From assembly GCF_000020025.1 (NCBI RefSeq), contig NC_010628.1:3360001-3392000 (forward strand): 32,000 nt of DNA, given 5' to 3'. Source of the DNA: Nostoc punctiforme PCC 73102. GTDB lineage: Bacteria; Cyanobacteriota; Cyanobacteriia; Cyanobacteriales; Nostocaceae. Within the stretch, counting starts at the first letter, position 1, and every line of letters begins with the position of its first letter. Below the pieces are notes generated by a model. That model was not told the DNA's origin, ran no database searches, and was given only the letters and a program-made list of their open reading frames with translations. The position numbers and the translations under genes are program-made. Below are positions 9,350 to 17,762 of the stretch, piece after piece.

Positions 9350-9508
9350 ATGAATAAAACTGTCAAGGAACTCACAATCAATTTAGTGGCATTAAATATA
9401 GTTTTATTAAGCACACTCGGTCTTTTCTGGAAAATCTTAAATCGGCGAAGGAGTCCAATTAGGTCGAGAAAAGGAACCCAAAACTCAGAAGCTAAACAAG
9501 CTACTTAA
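9350..9508 (+). CDS. Possible small single-TM protein (52 aa)
   Basis: ATG at 9350. Sequence MNKTVKELTINLVALNIVLLSTLGLFWKILNRRRSPIRSRK... has a hydrophobic helix followed by a basic tail. It is below the ORF-track cutoff and has no clear SD. Confidence 0.3.
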   Translation: MNKTVKELTINLVALNIVLLSTLGLFWKILNRRRSPIRSRKGTQNSEAKQAT

Positions 9509-9638
9509 CTATCCACAAGTGAGAAATTTTATTAAAAAACAATATTAGTGGCAAATAGTAAGTGTATTTTAAATGCGAATGAAGGATGAGAATTTATTAC
9601 TTCTTCTTTCAGAAATTAGGACTTACTAAACTTAAGCT

Positions 9639-9869
9639 GTGACATTCATGGAGAGTAAACTTATGTTTTCTGGACAAATTGAAAGAGAATGTTTATATGG
9701 AGAAAATTGGACAATTTCGCAAAAAACTAAATTACCAGATCATCTACAGTTATTAGTGGATCGAGAAGAAGTAGGATGCGATATCTGGGAATTGCAGAGC
9801 CAGGAGTCTGGCGATCAGCCGATTTATCGAAATCTTAATGAGGCTTCTGCTGTGCCACGGCGTAAATAA
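9639..9869 (+). CDS. Hypothetical protein (76 aa from GTG; alternative ATG starts at 9648 and 9663)
   Basis: Only an ORF of normal-looking composition in an otherwise repeat-filled gap. No family recognised. Confidence 0.35.
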   Translation: MTFMESKLMFSGQIERECLYGENWTISQKTKLPDHLQLLVDREEVGCDIWELQSQESGDQPIYRNLNEASAVPRRK

Positions 9870-10419
9870 ACCACCAATTTTACATGAACGAAACGCCTCC
9901 GATATAGGAATTCCGCCTTCTTTGCGCGTCTCATAGATCGTTATTCAACAAGTACTTAACCGACTATTCCATATTTTGGTGCATCATAATGAGTTCTAAA
10001 GAGCATACTGTTCTGACCTGACGCAACCAAGTACCGTTTTAAATTTAGTGTAGACGCGATCGCGTTGGCGCAGCCTCTCGAAGAGAAGCAGCTTATCGTA
10101 AGATATTGCTTGTGGTTTAGCAGTGGCCAATGTCTACTACAATCAGCCACTACTGGCTGATATGGGACATATTAAATATCTCTGTCTAGCAGGTGGAATT
10201 TATGAGTCTTGTGCAACTTGTTCGTGAGTCGACTGTATTACGAGAAACAGTGTTGAACATTGCACTAGTATTTGCAGGCTTGAATGCTATCTGAGTTACT
10301 CTAGTTTTTCGACTGGAATCTCCTCCATATAATATCTCTAGCTATTTCATGCAAAATCGAGTTCATCCTGATAAATCTTCCCAATTTGTTTTACCTAGCA
10401 AGAGAAGGAATCAATATTA

Positions 10420-11487
10420 ATGGCACATCTGTTTGAACCATTCAAGATTCGTGAAGTTACCTTCCGTAACCGCATTGCTGTTTCACCCATGTGTCAATAT
10501 TCCAGTACAAATGGATATGCTAATGATTGGCACGTTATTCATTTAGCTTCTCGCGCAGTAGGCGGTGCGGGTATAGTGTTCACAGAAGCAGCAGCTATAG
10601 AACCGCGTGGGCGCATTAGCCCGCAAGATTTGGGAATCTGGTCAGATGCACATATAGAAACTTTAGCCAAAACTGTGGCATTGATTCATAACTTTGGCGC
10701 TGTTGCAGGGATTCAACTTGCTCATGCAGGTAGAAAGGCCAGCACTGCCAAACCCAGTAAGGGAGGGAAAACGCTGGATGAATCTCAGGAAGGTTGGCGG
10801 CCCTTAGTTTCGAGTAGTGCGATCGCCTTTAGCCAAGATAGTCCAGTTCCAGAAGCCCTAAGTCTTAAGGGAATTCAGGAAGTTATTGATGCCTTTGTCC
10901 AAGGTGCTAAACGTTCTCTGCAAGCTGGTTTTAAGCTAGTGGAAATCCATGCGGCTCACGGTTATCTACTCCACCAGTTTCTCTCACCCCTTGCTAACCA
11001 ACGGCAAGATGATTATGGTGGTAGCTTTGAAAATCGGACTCGTCTGCTCAGAGAAGTTGTTCAAGCAGTTCGAGAGGTTTGGCCCCAGACAAATCCGCTC
11101 TGGGTACGTATTTCTGCCACCGATTGGGTAGATGGGGGTTGGGACATTGAGCAAAGTATCGCTTTAAGTGACAAGCTTAAGTCTCTAGGAGTTGATCTCA
11201 TCGATACTTCATCAGGGGGAATTATACCGGGTGTCAAGATACCAATTCAACCTGGTTATCAGACTCAGTTTGCCGAACGCATCCGCCGCGAAGCCAATAT
11301 CCATACAGGAGCCGTTGGCTTAATTACAGCCCCTGAAGACGCTGACGAGATTATTCGCACAGAAGTAGCCGATATAGTGCTGTTAGGACGTGAACTACTC
11401 CGCAATCCTTATTGGCCGCATCTGGCAGCTAAACAGTTAGGACACGATAAACTCTGGCCTGTTCAATACGATCGAGCTTGGCTATGA
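10420..11487 (+). CDS. NADH:flavin oxidoreductase, Old Yellow Enzyme family (YqjM/NamA-like)
   Basis: FRNRIAVSPMCQYS, HLASRAVGGAG, EIHAAHGYLLHQFLSP and GRELLRNPYWP are hallmark OYE (YqjM subclass) motifs. Confidence 0.9.
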   Translation: MAHLFEPFKIREVTFRNRIAVSPMCQYSSTNGYANDWHVIHLASRAVGGAGIVFTEAAAIEPRGRISPQDLGIWSDAHIETLAKTVALIHNFGAVAGIQLAHAGRKASTAKPSKGGKTLDESQEGWRPLVSSSAIAFSQDSPVPEALSLKGIQEVIDAFVQGAKRSLQAGFKLVEIHAAHGYLLHQFLSPLANQRQDDYGGSFENRTRLLREVVQAVREVWPQTNPLWVRISATDWVDGGWDIEQSIALSDKLKSLGVDLIDTSSGGIIPGVKIPIQPGYQTQFAERIRREANIHTGAVGLITAPEDADEIIRTEVADIVLLGRELLRNPYWPHLAAKQLGHDKLWPVQYDRAWL

Positions 11488-11582
11488 TGTTGCCTGTACT
11501 TAATTTACTATTGGGCGTTAGGGGAAATTCATAAATTACCCCTATCTGAAAATCAGGGCTTGAGACATTGTTGGCGTAAGTC

Positions 11583-11735
11583 CTGGATAATTCAATACAG
11601 TTCAGTTAAGCATCTCTTTCTTCTCTCTGCGTTCTCTGCGCCTTCTCTACGAGACGCTACGCGAAGGCGGTTCGTAAAAAAAACGACTTTGGTAACAGAG
11701 TTTTAGCCTTAACTGAACCGTATTGCTGGATAATT
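11583..11735. mobile_element. MITE: 133-bp element (11593-11725) with 18-bp terminal inverted repeats, flanked by a perfect 10-bp target-site duplication
   Basis: TIR-L is CAATACAGTTCAGTTAAG (11593-11610). TIR-R is CTTAACTGAACCGTATTG (11708-11725), and 17/18 positions are complementary. CTGGATAATT occurs immediately outside both ends (11583-11592 and 11726-11735). The interior carries the CCTTCGCGTAGCGTCTC dispersed motif. Confidence 0.65.
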
Positions 11736-11845
11736 AAGCTAAAAATATTTTAATTTGCATCCTCAAAAAAATGAATCTCTTGTGGGGTGGGAATCTTGCC
11801 CGCCCTGGTTGTGCAAATTAAATACGCGACAGCTTAGAAATTAAT

Positions 11846-12667
11846 TTATAAGCCTTCTTTGGCAAGTTGGGCTTTTGCCTGTTGCCACAAATTTTCTAGC
11901 TCATCCAAACTGTAATCAGAAAGGGGGCGATCGCAAACTGCCTCCATTTTTTCTAACCTTTGAACAAATCGCTGATTTGTACCTTGCAAACCAGCACTAG
12001 GGTCAAGATTATGCCAACGGGCTAGCTGAATAACTGCAAAAAGTAAATCGCCTAATTCTGCTTGTTGTCGCGCTGGTGTTTCCTCAGCTAAAGCCTGTTG
12101 AAATTCACCCAATTCTTCATGAAACTTATCCCAAACGCCCTGAATATTTTCCCATTCAAACCCAATAGCAGCAGCCTTTTGAGAAATCTTCATCGCTGCT
12201 GTCAATGGGGGAAGGGTGCGCCCATAACGACCGAGTTTAGCACTAAGTTTTTGCGCGTCTGGGGATGGTTCGCCTTTTTCCTGCGCTTTGATTTGTTCCC
12301 AATTTTGCCGCACCTCATCCACACTGGCTACTGACACATCACCAAACACATGAGGATGACGGCGAATCAACTTTTGGGAAATCCCCTGAGTTATTTCTTT
12401 GAGAGAAAATTGTCCAGATTCGCTAGCGATTTGGGCTTGTAATACCACTTGTAATAATAAATCGCCTAATTCTTCTGCGATCGCCTTCTGATCTCCACTC
12501 TTAATTGCATCCACCACCTCATAAGCTTCTTCAATCACATAAGGCGTAAGCGTTTCGGCAGTTTGCGCCAAATCCCACGGACAACCACCATCAGGCGATC
12601 GCAATTTCGCCACCACCTCAATCAATTCCTGCAAAGCTGCCAAAGTCTCAACTTTGTCACTTGTCAT
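11846..12667 (-). CDS. mazG: Nucleoside triphosphate pyrophosphohydrolase MazG (tandem MazG domains)
   Basis: 273 aa. GGCPWDLAQT, EEAYEVVDAI, ELGDLLLQV, RRHPHVFG and a second ELGDLLFAV domain are canonical for MazG. Confidence 0.9.
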   Translation of the reverse strand: MTSDKVETLAALQELIEVVAKLRSPDGGCPWDLAQTAETLTPYVIEEAYEVVDAIKSGDQKAIAEELGDLLLQVVLQAQIASESGQFSLKEITQGISQKLIRRHPHVFGDVSVASVDEVRQNWEQIKAQEKGEPSPDAQKLSAKLGRYGRTLPPLTAAMKISQKAAAIGFEWENIQGVWDKFHEELGEFQQALAEETPARQQAELGDLLFAVIQLARWHNLDPSAGLQGTNQRFVQRLEKMEAVCDRPLSDYSLDELENLWQQAKAQLAKEGL

Positions 12668-12688
12668 TTGTCATTTGTCCTTTGTCGT
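12654..12688. repeat. Five tandem heptamers (TTGTCAY-like; ATGACAA on the minus strand) spanning the gene junction
   Basis: TTGTCAC TTGTCAT TTGTCAT TTGTCCT TTGTCGT. Related ATGACAA copies occur at 7414-7427 and 15538-15551. Confidence 0.7.
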
Positions 12689-13291
12689 TTTGCCGTTGCT
12701 CTTTCTGGTAACTGTAGCTCGACGAGTACCGCGACTTGTAACTTTCCGCTTCTTCATTTTGCCACTAGGAAGCAACCCTCGAACCCCTTGCTTTCGCACG
12801 CGCTTGTATGCCGAACCACTCCAATCGCTGAGAGAATGGCTCATTGCACCAAGTTCCAACCCTAAAAACAGGGCGATATATTCAGTATCATATTGCAGGA
12901 GCGATCGCCCCACAGTTTGTCCCAAATCTTGCCAAGTAAAACTCAGATTCCATAATTTTTCGGCAATTGCCAAAACTAAAATTGCCAAGATAGCTAGCAA
13001 ACACCCTAGATAAAGTATCCGCAGAATCGTGCCAATAATCGGCCCGTGGGATAAAAAAGAACGATGCCGCAGACTTTTTTGATAAGGTAGCCAAATCCAA
13101 CGCAAGAAACCCCAGCGTTGAAATTGCACAGAGTAAATATCCAAATCAGGGCCAAACATCAGCCCTCCAAATAGAAACCCGCCTGCAACCAACAAAGTCG
13201 CATTGCTACTGCGAGTCTGCCAGAAAGTAATGCCCGCCACCAACGGCAGAGCATACATAGTAATGCGATCGTGCGTCCGACCAGAGGGCAT
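12671..13291 (-). CDS. Membrane protein resembling the DUF2227 putative metal-binding family, with a Lys/Arg-rich C-terminal tail
   Basis: N-terminus MPSGRTHDRITMYALPLVAG, several TM helices and an HSLSDW motif. It lies 3 nt upstream of mazG on the same strand, which suggests an operon. Confidence 0.7.
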   Translation of the reverse strand: MPSGRTHDRITMYALPLVAGITFWQTRSSNATLLVAGGFLFGGLMFGPDLDIYSVQFQRWGFLRWIWLPYQKSLRHRSFLSHGPIIGTILRILYLGCLLAILAILVLAIAEKLWNLSFTWQDLGQTVGRSLLQYDTEYIALFLGLELGAMSHSLSDWSGSAYKRVRKQGVRGLLPSGKMKKRKVTSRGTRRATVTRKSNGKTTKDK

Positions 13292-13434
13292 CCTGAATCC
13301 TGTTAGCGATAGCGGGGCTTTTAGCCCGTGCTGAGTAACTTAATACTGAGCCAGTATAAGAGAAAAAAAGATTTTCCCAAAACTACTAGCGCAATGCAAA
13401 ATCTTCTGCTATATTAGTTAAGGATTGGTCAAAC

Positions 13435-13507
<73 letters not shown>

Positions 13508-13520
13508 TTAATTGAATTAA

Positions 13521-13558
13521 GGCTAGAGACAGCTTAGATGCAGTTTCTAGCCTTTTTT
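13521..13558 (+). terminator. Rho-independent terminator after tRNA-Val
   Basis: GGCTAGA(gacagcttagatgcagt)TCTAGCC followed by TTTTTT. Confidence 0.7.
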
Positions 13559-13582
13559 AAACGATTCACAATTCTTAATTAG

Positions 13583-13658
13583 CTAAGTAAGTGGGCGTAA
13601 ATAATTATTGTTGGGATAAGGCAATAAGCAATAGGCAATAAGTATAAGGGTTTTAGCC
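13583..13658. repeat. 76-bp dispersed repeat, copy A (contains GGCAATA-type heptamers); inverted partner at 28519-28594
   Basis: Hand alignment to the reverse complement of 28519-28594 gives about 66/76 identities. Confidence 0.65.
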
Positions 13659-13922
13659 TAGGTCATTTTTATTTAGATAGTTTGATTTTATTGTGCCAAT
13701 TTACTTACTATTAACCCATCTTGCATATCTTCAGAATAGAGAGTACTTGCTCTTGCAGATAGGGTTAGGTCTGTATTGGACTGATGGGACTTCCAGAAAA
13801 TAAATTATTCAGTAGTTACGGAGTTAAGCCTAATACGCCGCCTACAGATAACAGGTGCGTTACGCTGTCGCGCCAACACATCTGGAATGTCCCCATTCCC
13901 TAATCCCTAATTCCCAGTCAAA

Positions 13923-14555
13923 ATGCCTAATGAAATTTGGTTATCACAATTACAAAAACATCGTGCGATCGCAGTCATCCGCGCCCCTAAAATCGAAGTG
14001 GGAGAGGAAATGGCAATGGCTGTAGCATCTGGGGGAATGCAGCTGATTGAGATTACCTGGAATAGCGATCGCGCTGGAGAATTAATCAGTCAACTACGCT
14101 CAGAATTACCCGCTTGTACTATTGGCACTGGTACATTATTCAATGTGCAACAGCTACAAGAAGCGATCGCATCTGGGGCGCAATTTCTCTTCACACCCCA
14201 CGTTGACTCAGCAATGATTCAAGCAGCACAAGAAAAAGATATACCTATTATCCCAGGAGCTTTGACTCCTACAGAAATTGTTACCGCTTGGAGTCAGGGC
14301 GCTAGTTGTGTAAAAGTGTTCCCCGTACAAGCAGTGGGAGGAGCTGATTACATTAAAAGTTTGCAAGGGCCACTAAATCAGATTCCCTTAATTCCTACAG
14401 GCGGTGTCACTCTGGAAAATGCTAAAGAATTTTTGCAAGCCGGAGCGATCGCTGTCGGTTTGAGCGGTGAATTATTTCCCAAAAAGCTTGTCACAGAGGG
14501 AAATTGGCAAGCGATCGCATCTAGGGCAAAAAACCTTATACAACAGTTAGGTTAA
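13923..14555 (+). CDS. eda: 2-keto-3-deoxy-6-phosphogluconate / 4-hydroxy-2-oxoglutarate aldolase
   Basis: 210 aa. AIAVIR, IEITWNS, CVKVFPV (Schiff-base Lys context) and IPTGGV are typical of Eda/KHG aldolase. Confidence 0.85.
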   Translation: MPNEIWLSQLQKHRAIAVIRAPKIEVGEEMAMAVASGGMQLIEITWNSDRAGELISQLRSELPACTIGTGTLFNVQQLQEAIASGAQFLFTPHVDSAMIQAAQEKDIPIIPGALTPTEIVTAWSQGASCVKVFPVQAVGGADYIKSLQGPLNQIPLIPTGGVTLENAKEFLQAGAIAVGLSGELFPKKLVTEGNWQAIASRAKNLIQQLG

Positions 14556-14667
14556 ATTAGAATCAAATTATCAAATATTCACGTCTATTAAAGTAATAGA
14601 TAGGGAATAAAAGTGAAACCTAATAAGTTTCTCAAGACTTCATGATTTGAGTGTGAGTGTATCTAAA

Positions 14668-15183
14668 ATGAAAAAACTGATTTATCTTGACTGGGTGCAT
14701 CGCTTAAAAATACTCCTTACTGGTACAGCACTGTCTTTAAGTGTTTTTACTACTACTGGAACGAGTCAAGTTTGGGCAAATTCCAAAGATCAAGTAATTG
14801 CCCAAACAATCGAGACATTACAACAATCAGATCGGCGCTGGATTCAAATTGACCTTTCAAAGCAACGATTAATAGCTTGGGAAGGTGACAGAGTAGTTTA
14901 TGGAAGTGCTATTTCCTCTGGTAAAAAAGCTACTCCCACTCTTGTTGGTACTTTTAAGGTTCAATCTAAGTTCAAAACTACGCGAATGCAGGGAGAAAAC
15001 TATAATGTTCCCAACGTTCCTTATGCGATGTTTTATGAAGGGAATTATGCTATTCACGGAGCTTATTGGCATAAGAGATTTGGCACTCCAGTAAGCCACG
15101 GCTGTGTGAATATCGCACCCAAACATGCAAAATGGCTATTTCAGTGGGCATCAGTAGGGACACCGATAGTCATCCAGAAATAG
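14668..15183 (+). CDS. L,D-transpeptidase (YkuD domain) with signal peptide
   Basis: The catalytic motif HGCVN sits in ...GTPVSHGCVNI.... The start was chosen at ATG 14668 (MKKLIYLDW...); the ORF track begins at an upstream TTG (14647). Confidence 0.85.
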   Translation: MKKLIYLDWVHRLKILLTGTALSLSVFTTTGTSQVWANSKDQVIAQTIETLQQSDRRWIQIDLSKQRLIAWEGDRVVYGSAISSGKKATPTLVGTFKVQSKFKTTRMQGENYNVPNVPYAMFYEGNYAIHGAYWHKRFGTPVSHGCVNIAPKHAKWLFQWASVGTPIVIQK

Positions 15184-15249
15184 TAGGTGAAGCAGTCAGA
15201 AGGCAATTTAGGTAAAATCATAAATAACAAAAAATCAAGACAATTAAGT

Positions 15250-15279
15250 GATTCCCAGCATAAAATCTTGCTGGGAATC
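15250..15279 (+). terminator. Perfect 11-bp-stem hairpin downstream of the first L,D-transpeptidase gene
   Basis: GATTCCCAGCA (taaaatct) TGCTGGGAATC. The following T-tract is weak (TT), so terminator function is tentative. Confidence 0.45.
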
Positions 15280-15714
15280 TTCGGAGTCGGAATTACTGAA
15301 TTTGAAATAAAATATATAAGAGGGAATCCATACCAATTTTAGATTTTAGATTTGGTATTTAGGACTAAAAATCCTTTCCTAAATTTGGTATTATCCAGTT
15401 TGCCCCAAAGAAATAAGCGTAAATCCTGACAATTACTGTGTGAAACTACAAATGCAAATATTAATTCCGGGAAAATTTGCATTGACGCATTTAAATTACA
15501 GATTTTTTTTGTAAAAGTTGTTATTAGTCATTAATGAGTGACAAATGACCAATAACTAATTAGATGCGGATTAGTTTAGAACTGGTTTCGAAAAGCATTA
15601 GCGGATGAATTGCGTAAATCCTTCACAGCAAATTAGTAATGACCCTGGAAAATTGTAGTTTCCAGAAAATTACTTCACTTCATGATTTTTGCGTACTTTA
15701 GAAGGTGAGGCATA

Positions 15715-16254
15715 ATGCAATCCTGGATTCGTAGTGGTGGGATTCGTTCTTCCAAAACTTTTTGTACAGGTGTGGCGCTGATGGTGGTGGCTTTATTTTC
15801 TTGGTCAGCACCGTTAGCAGGCGATCGCCATTCTACTACAGCGATCGCTGCGTCAGTGGATGAAAATGGCATCACTGAGTCTGATATCAGCCAAACATCC
15901 CAACCTCGCTGGATTGAAATTGACTTGTCAGAACAACGGTTACGTGCATGGGAAGGCAAAAAACTTGTTTATTCATACCGTATTTCTGGAGGGAAGCGAT
16001 CAACTCCCACACCCATAGGTAGATTTCGGATTAATTCTAAGTATCGCACTCACCGGATGCGAGGCAGGGGCTACAATATTCCTGATGTTCCTTACACAAT
16101 GTATTTTTACAGAGGCTACGCCATCCACGGCGCTTACTGGCATAATCGTTTTGGCACTCCAGTCAGCCACGGTTGCGTAAATTTACCTGTTAAGCAAGCA
16201 CGCAATGTTTACAATTGGGCTAGCTATGGGACTTTAGTAGTGGTGCGGAAATAA
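15715..16254 (+). CDS. L,D-transpeptidase (YkuD domain), paralog of 14668-15183
   Basis: Collinear with the upstream paralog over the YkuD domain (WIEIDLSEQRLRAWEG ... YAIHGAYWHNRFGTPVSHGCVNL). It has an N-terminal hydrophobic signal-like segment. Confidence 0.85.
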   Translation: MQSWIRSGGIRSSKTFCTGVALMVVALFSWSAPLAGDRHSTTAIAASVDENGITESDISQTSQPRWIEIDLSEQRLRAWEGKKLVYSYRISGGKRSTPTPIGRFRINSKYRTHRMRGRGYNIPDVPYTMYFYRGYAIHGAYWHNRFGTPVSHGCVNLPVKQARNVYNWASYGTLVVVRK

Positions 16255-16386
16255 TTGTTAATTGGTAATTCGTAATTAAGAGTTGCAATTCTGCATTTGA
16301 TGTATGGATGGGTGCGTTCACGCAGTTAAGCACCTGTCTATACATATTGCTAAACTAAGAACACATCTCCGAAGTATTTAGGAGCT

Positions 16387-16950
16387 ATGAGCTACCCAAC
16401 TACTAAACTACTTACCCTGGATGAGTTTCTGAATCTCCCAGAAACAAAGCCTGCAAGTGAATATATTAACGGTGAGATTATTCCTAAGCCAATGCCGAAA
16501 GGGAAGCATAGTCGATTGCAGCTAAGACTCTGCAATACTATTAACGAAGTAGCAGAAAGCCAAAAAATTGCTTATGCATTTCCAGAGTTGCGTTGTAGCT
16601 TTGATATCCGCTCAATTGTCCCTGATGTAGCGGTTTTTAACTGGTCACGAATTCCATTTGATGTTGATGGGGAAGTTCCCAACGATTTTTTGTTGTGGCC
16701 AGATTGGACAATTGAAATACTCTCTCCAGAACAGAGTTCAAATCGAGTAATTGGCAACATTCTTTACTGCTTACAACATGGTTGCCGATTAGGGTGGTTA
16801 ATTGATCCAACAGATCGCTCAATTTTGGTTTTCTGTTCGGGCCAACAACCAGTATTACTCCAGGGAGAAGATTTTTTGCGTGTATTACCAGAAATTCAAC
16901 TTGCACTAACCGTCAATCAAGTTTTTGGATGGTTAAAGATGGATAGTTAG
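16387..16950 (+). CDS. Uma2 family endonuclease (DUF820, PD-(D/E)xK-like)
   Basis: LTLDEFLNLPETKPASEYINGEIIPKPMPKGKHSRLQ ... PDVAVF ... PDWTIEILSP is the typical Uma2 pattern, a family abundant in cyanobacteria. Confidence 0.85.
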   Translation: MSYPTTKLLTLDEFLNLPETKPASEYINGEIIPKPMPKGKHSRLQLRLCNTINEVAESQKIAYAFPELRCSFDIRSIVPDVAVFNWSRIPFDVDGEVPNDFLLWPDWTIEILSPEQSSNRVIGNILYCLQHGCRLGWLIDPTDRSILVFCSGQQPVLLQGEDFLRVLPEIQLALTVNQVFGWLKMDS

Positions 16951-17080
16951 AAATAACTCGCCTCGAATTAGAAGAAGCGTAGGCGTAGCTCGTCGTGGAC
17001 ATCGCTCTATAGCAAATACCAAATTATAGACATAAATCATGTCTATAATAGACACTATCCTGAATAAAAGAGGTAGGAGA

Positions 17081-17371
17081 ATGAACTGGAAAATTGCAGA
17101 AGCGAAACAGAGGTTCTCCGAACTAATTCATGCTGTAACTAAAGAACCGCAACTCATCTACAATCGCAATGAACTGGTGGCTGTTGTTGTTGAAGCTGGA
17201 ATGTTTGAGGAATTTTTGGCGTGGCGCAAGCAGGGCGAAAATATTTCTCTAGCTGATGTTTTCAAAGAACTACGCCAGATAGTTGTTGAAGAAGATTATA
17301 TCCTCGAAGTCCCCTCCCGCCAAGACCGTCTTAACCCTTTCGCTGATGCCATCGATGACTTTTCTCTGTGA
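17081..17371 (+). CDS. Type II antitoxin, Phd/YefM family
   Basis: MNWKIAEAKQRFSELIHAV... is the characteristic N-terminus. GGTAGGAGA lies directly upstream of ATG 17081, whereas the track start at 17039 lacks an SD. The gene overlaps the following PIN gene by 17 nt. Confidence 0.8.
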   Translation: MNWKIAEAKQRFSELIHAVTKEPQLIYNRNELVAVVVEAGMFEEFLAWRKQGENISLADVFKELRQIVVEEDYILEVPSRQDRLNPFADAIDDFSL

Positions 17372-17750
17372 CACTAACATTATCAGCGAATTAGTAAGAC
17401 TCCAACCTAACTCTGGTGTACAGAAATGGGCAGAAAGAGTTTCTTCTATAGTTTTGAGTGCGATCGCCGTTGAATAAATATTTTACGGATTGACATTCAA
17501 GCCCAACCCTATAATTCAAATATGCTTCGAGAGCTTTTTAGAAAATAACTGTCAAGTATTGCCTATCACGATTGAAATTGCCAAGCGCTCCGGTGAATTG
17601 CGAGGTCAACTAAGATTAAGTGGGAAAACACATACCCAAGCAGATATGATGATTGCTGCTACTGCTCAAATTCATCAATTGACTTTAGTAACGCGCAACA
17701 TCCGGGATTTTGATGGCTGCGGTATCCCACTTTTAAATCCTTTTAGTTAA
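17355..17750 (+). pseudogene. vapC: VapC (PIN domain) toxin interrupted by a single in-frame TAA at 17475-17477
   Basis: ORFs 17283-17477 and 17490-17750 are in the same frame. Joined from ATG 17355 they read MTFLCDTNIISELV...SAIAVE*IFYGL...ADMMIAATA...TRNIRDF, a complete PIN/VapC with its acidic residues and one stop codon. Confidence 0.8.
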
Positions 17751-17762
17751 ACGCGCAATAGT

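Noticed and set aside
9956-10150. 64-aa minus-strand ORF
   Set aside because: There is no ATG at its 5' end (a near-cognate GTG start would be required). It spans a dispersed-repeat module (GTAGACGCGATCGCGTTGGCGCAGCCTCTCGAAGAGAAGCAGC) and has no SD.
10201-10293. 30-codon ORF (MSLVQLVRESTVLRETVLNIALVFAGLNAI) upstream of the OYE gene
   Set aside because: It is too short, has no SD and matches no recognisable family. It could be a gene fragment, but that is not supportable.
12654-12688. CRISPR array candidates (heptamer runs here, GGCAATA runs at 13617-13645, GAGATGAGG repeats at 24221-24238)
   Set aside because: The units are 7-9 nt with no spacers, so these are STRR-type microsatellites. No 28-37-nt repeat/spacer periodicity occurs anywhere in the window.
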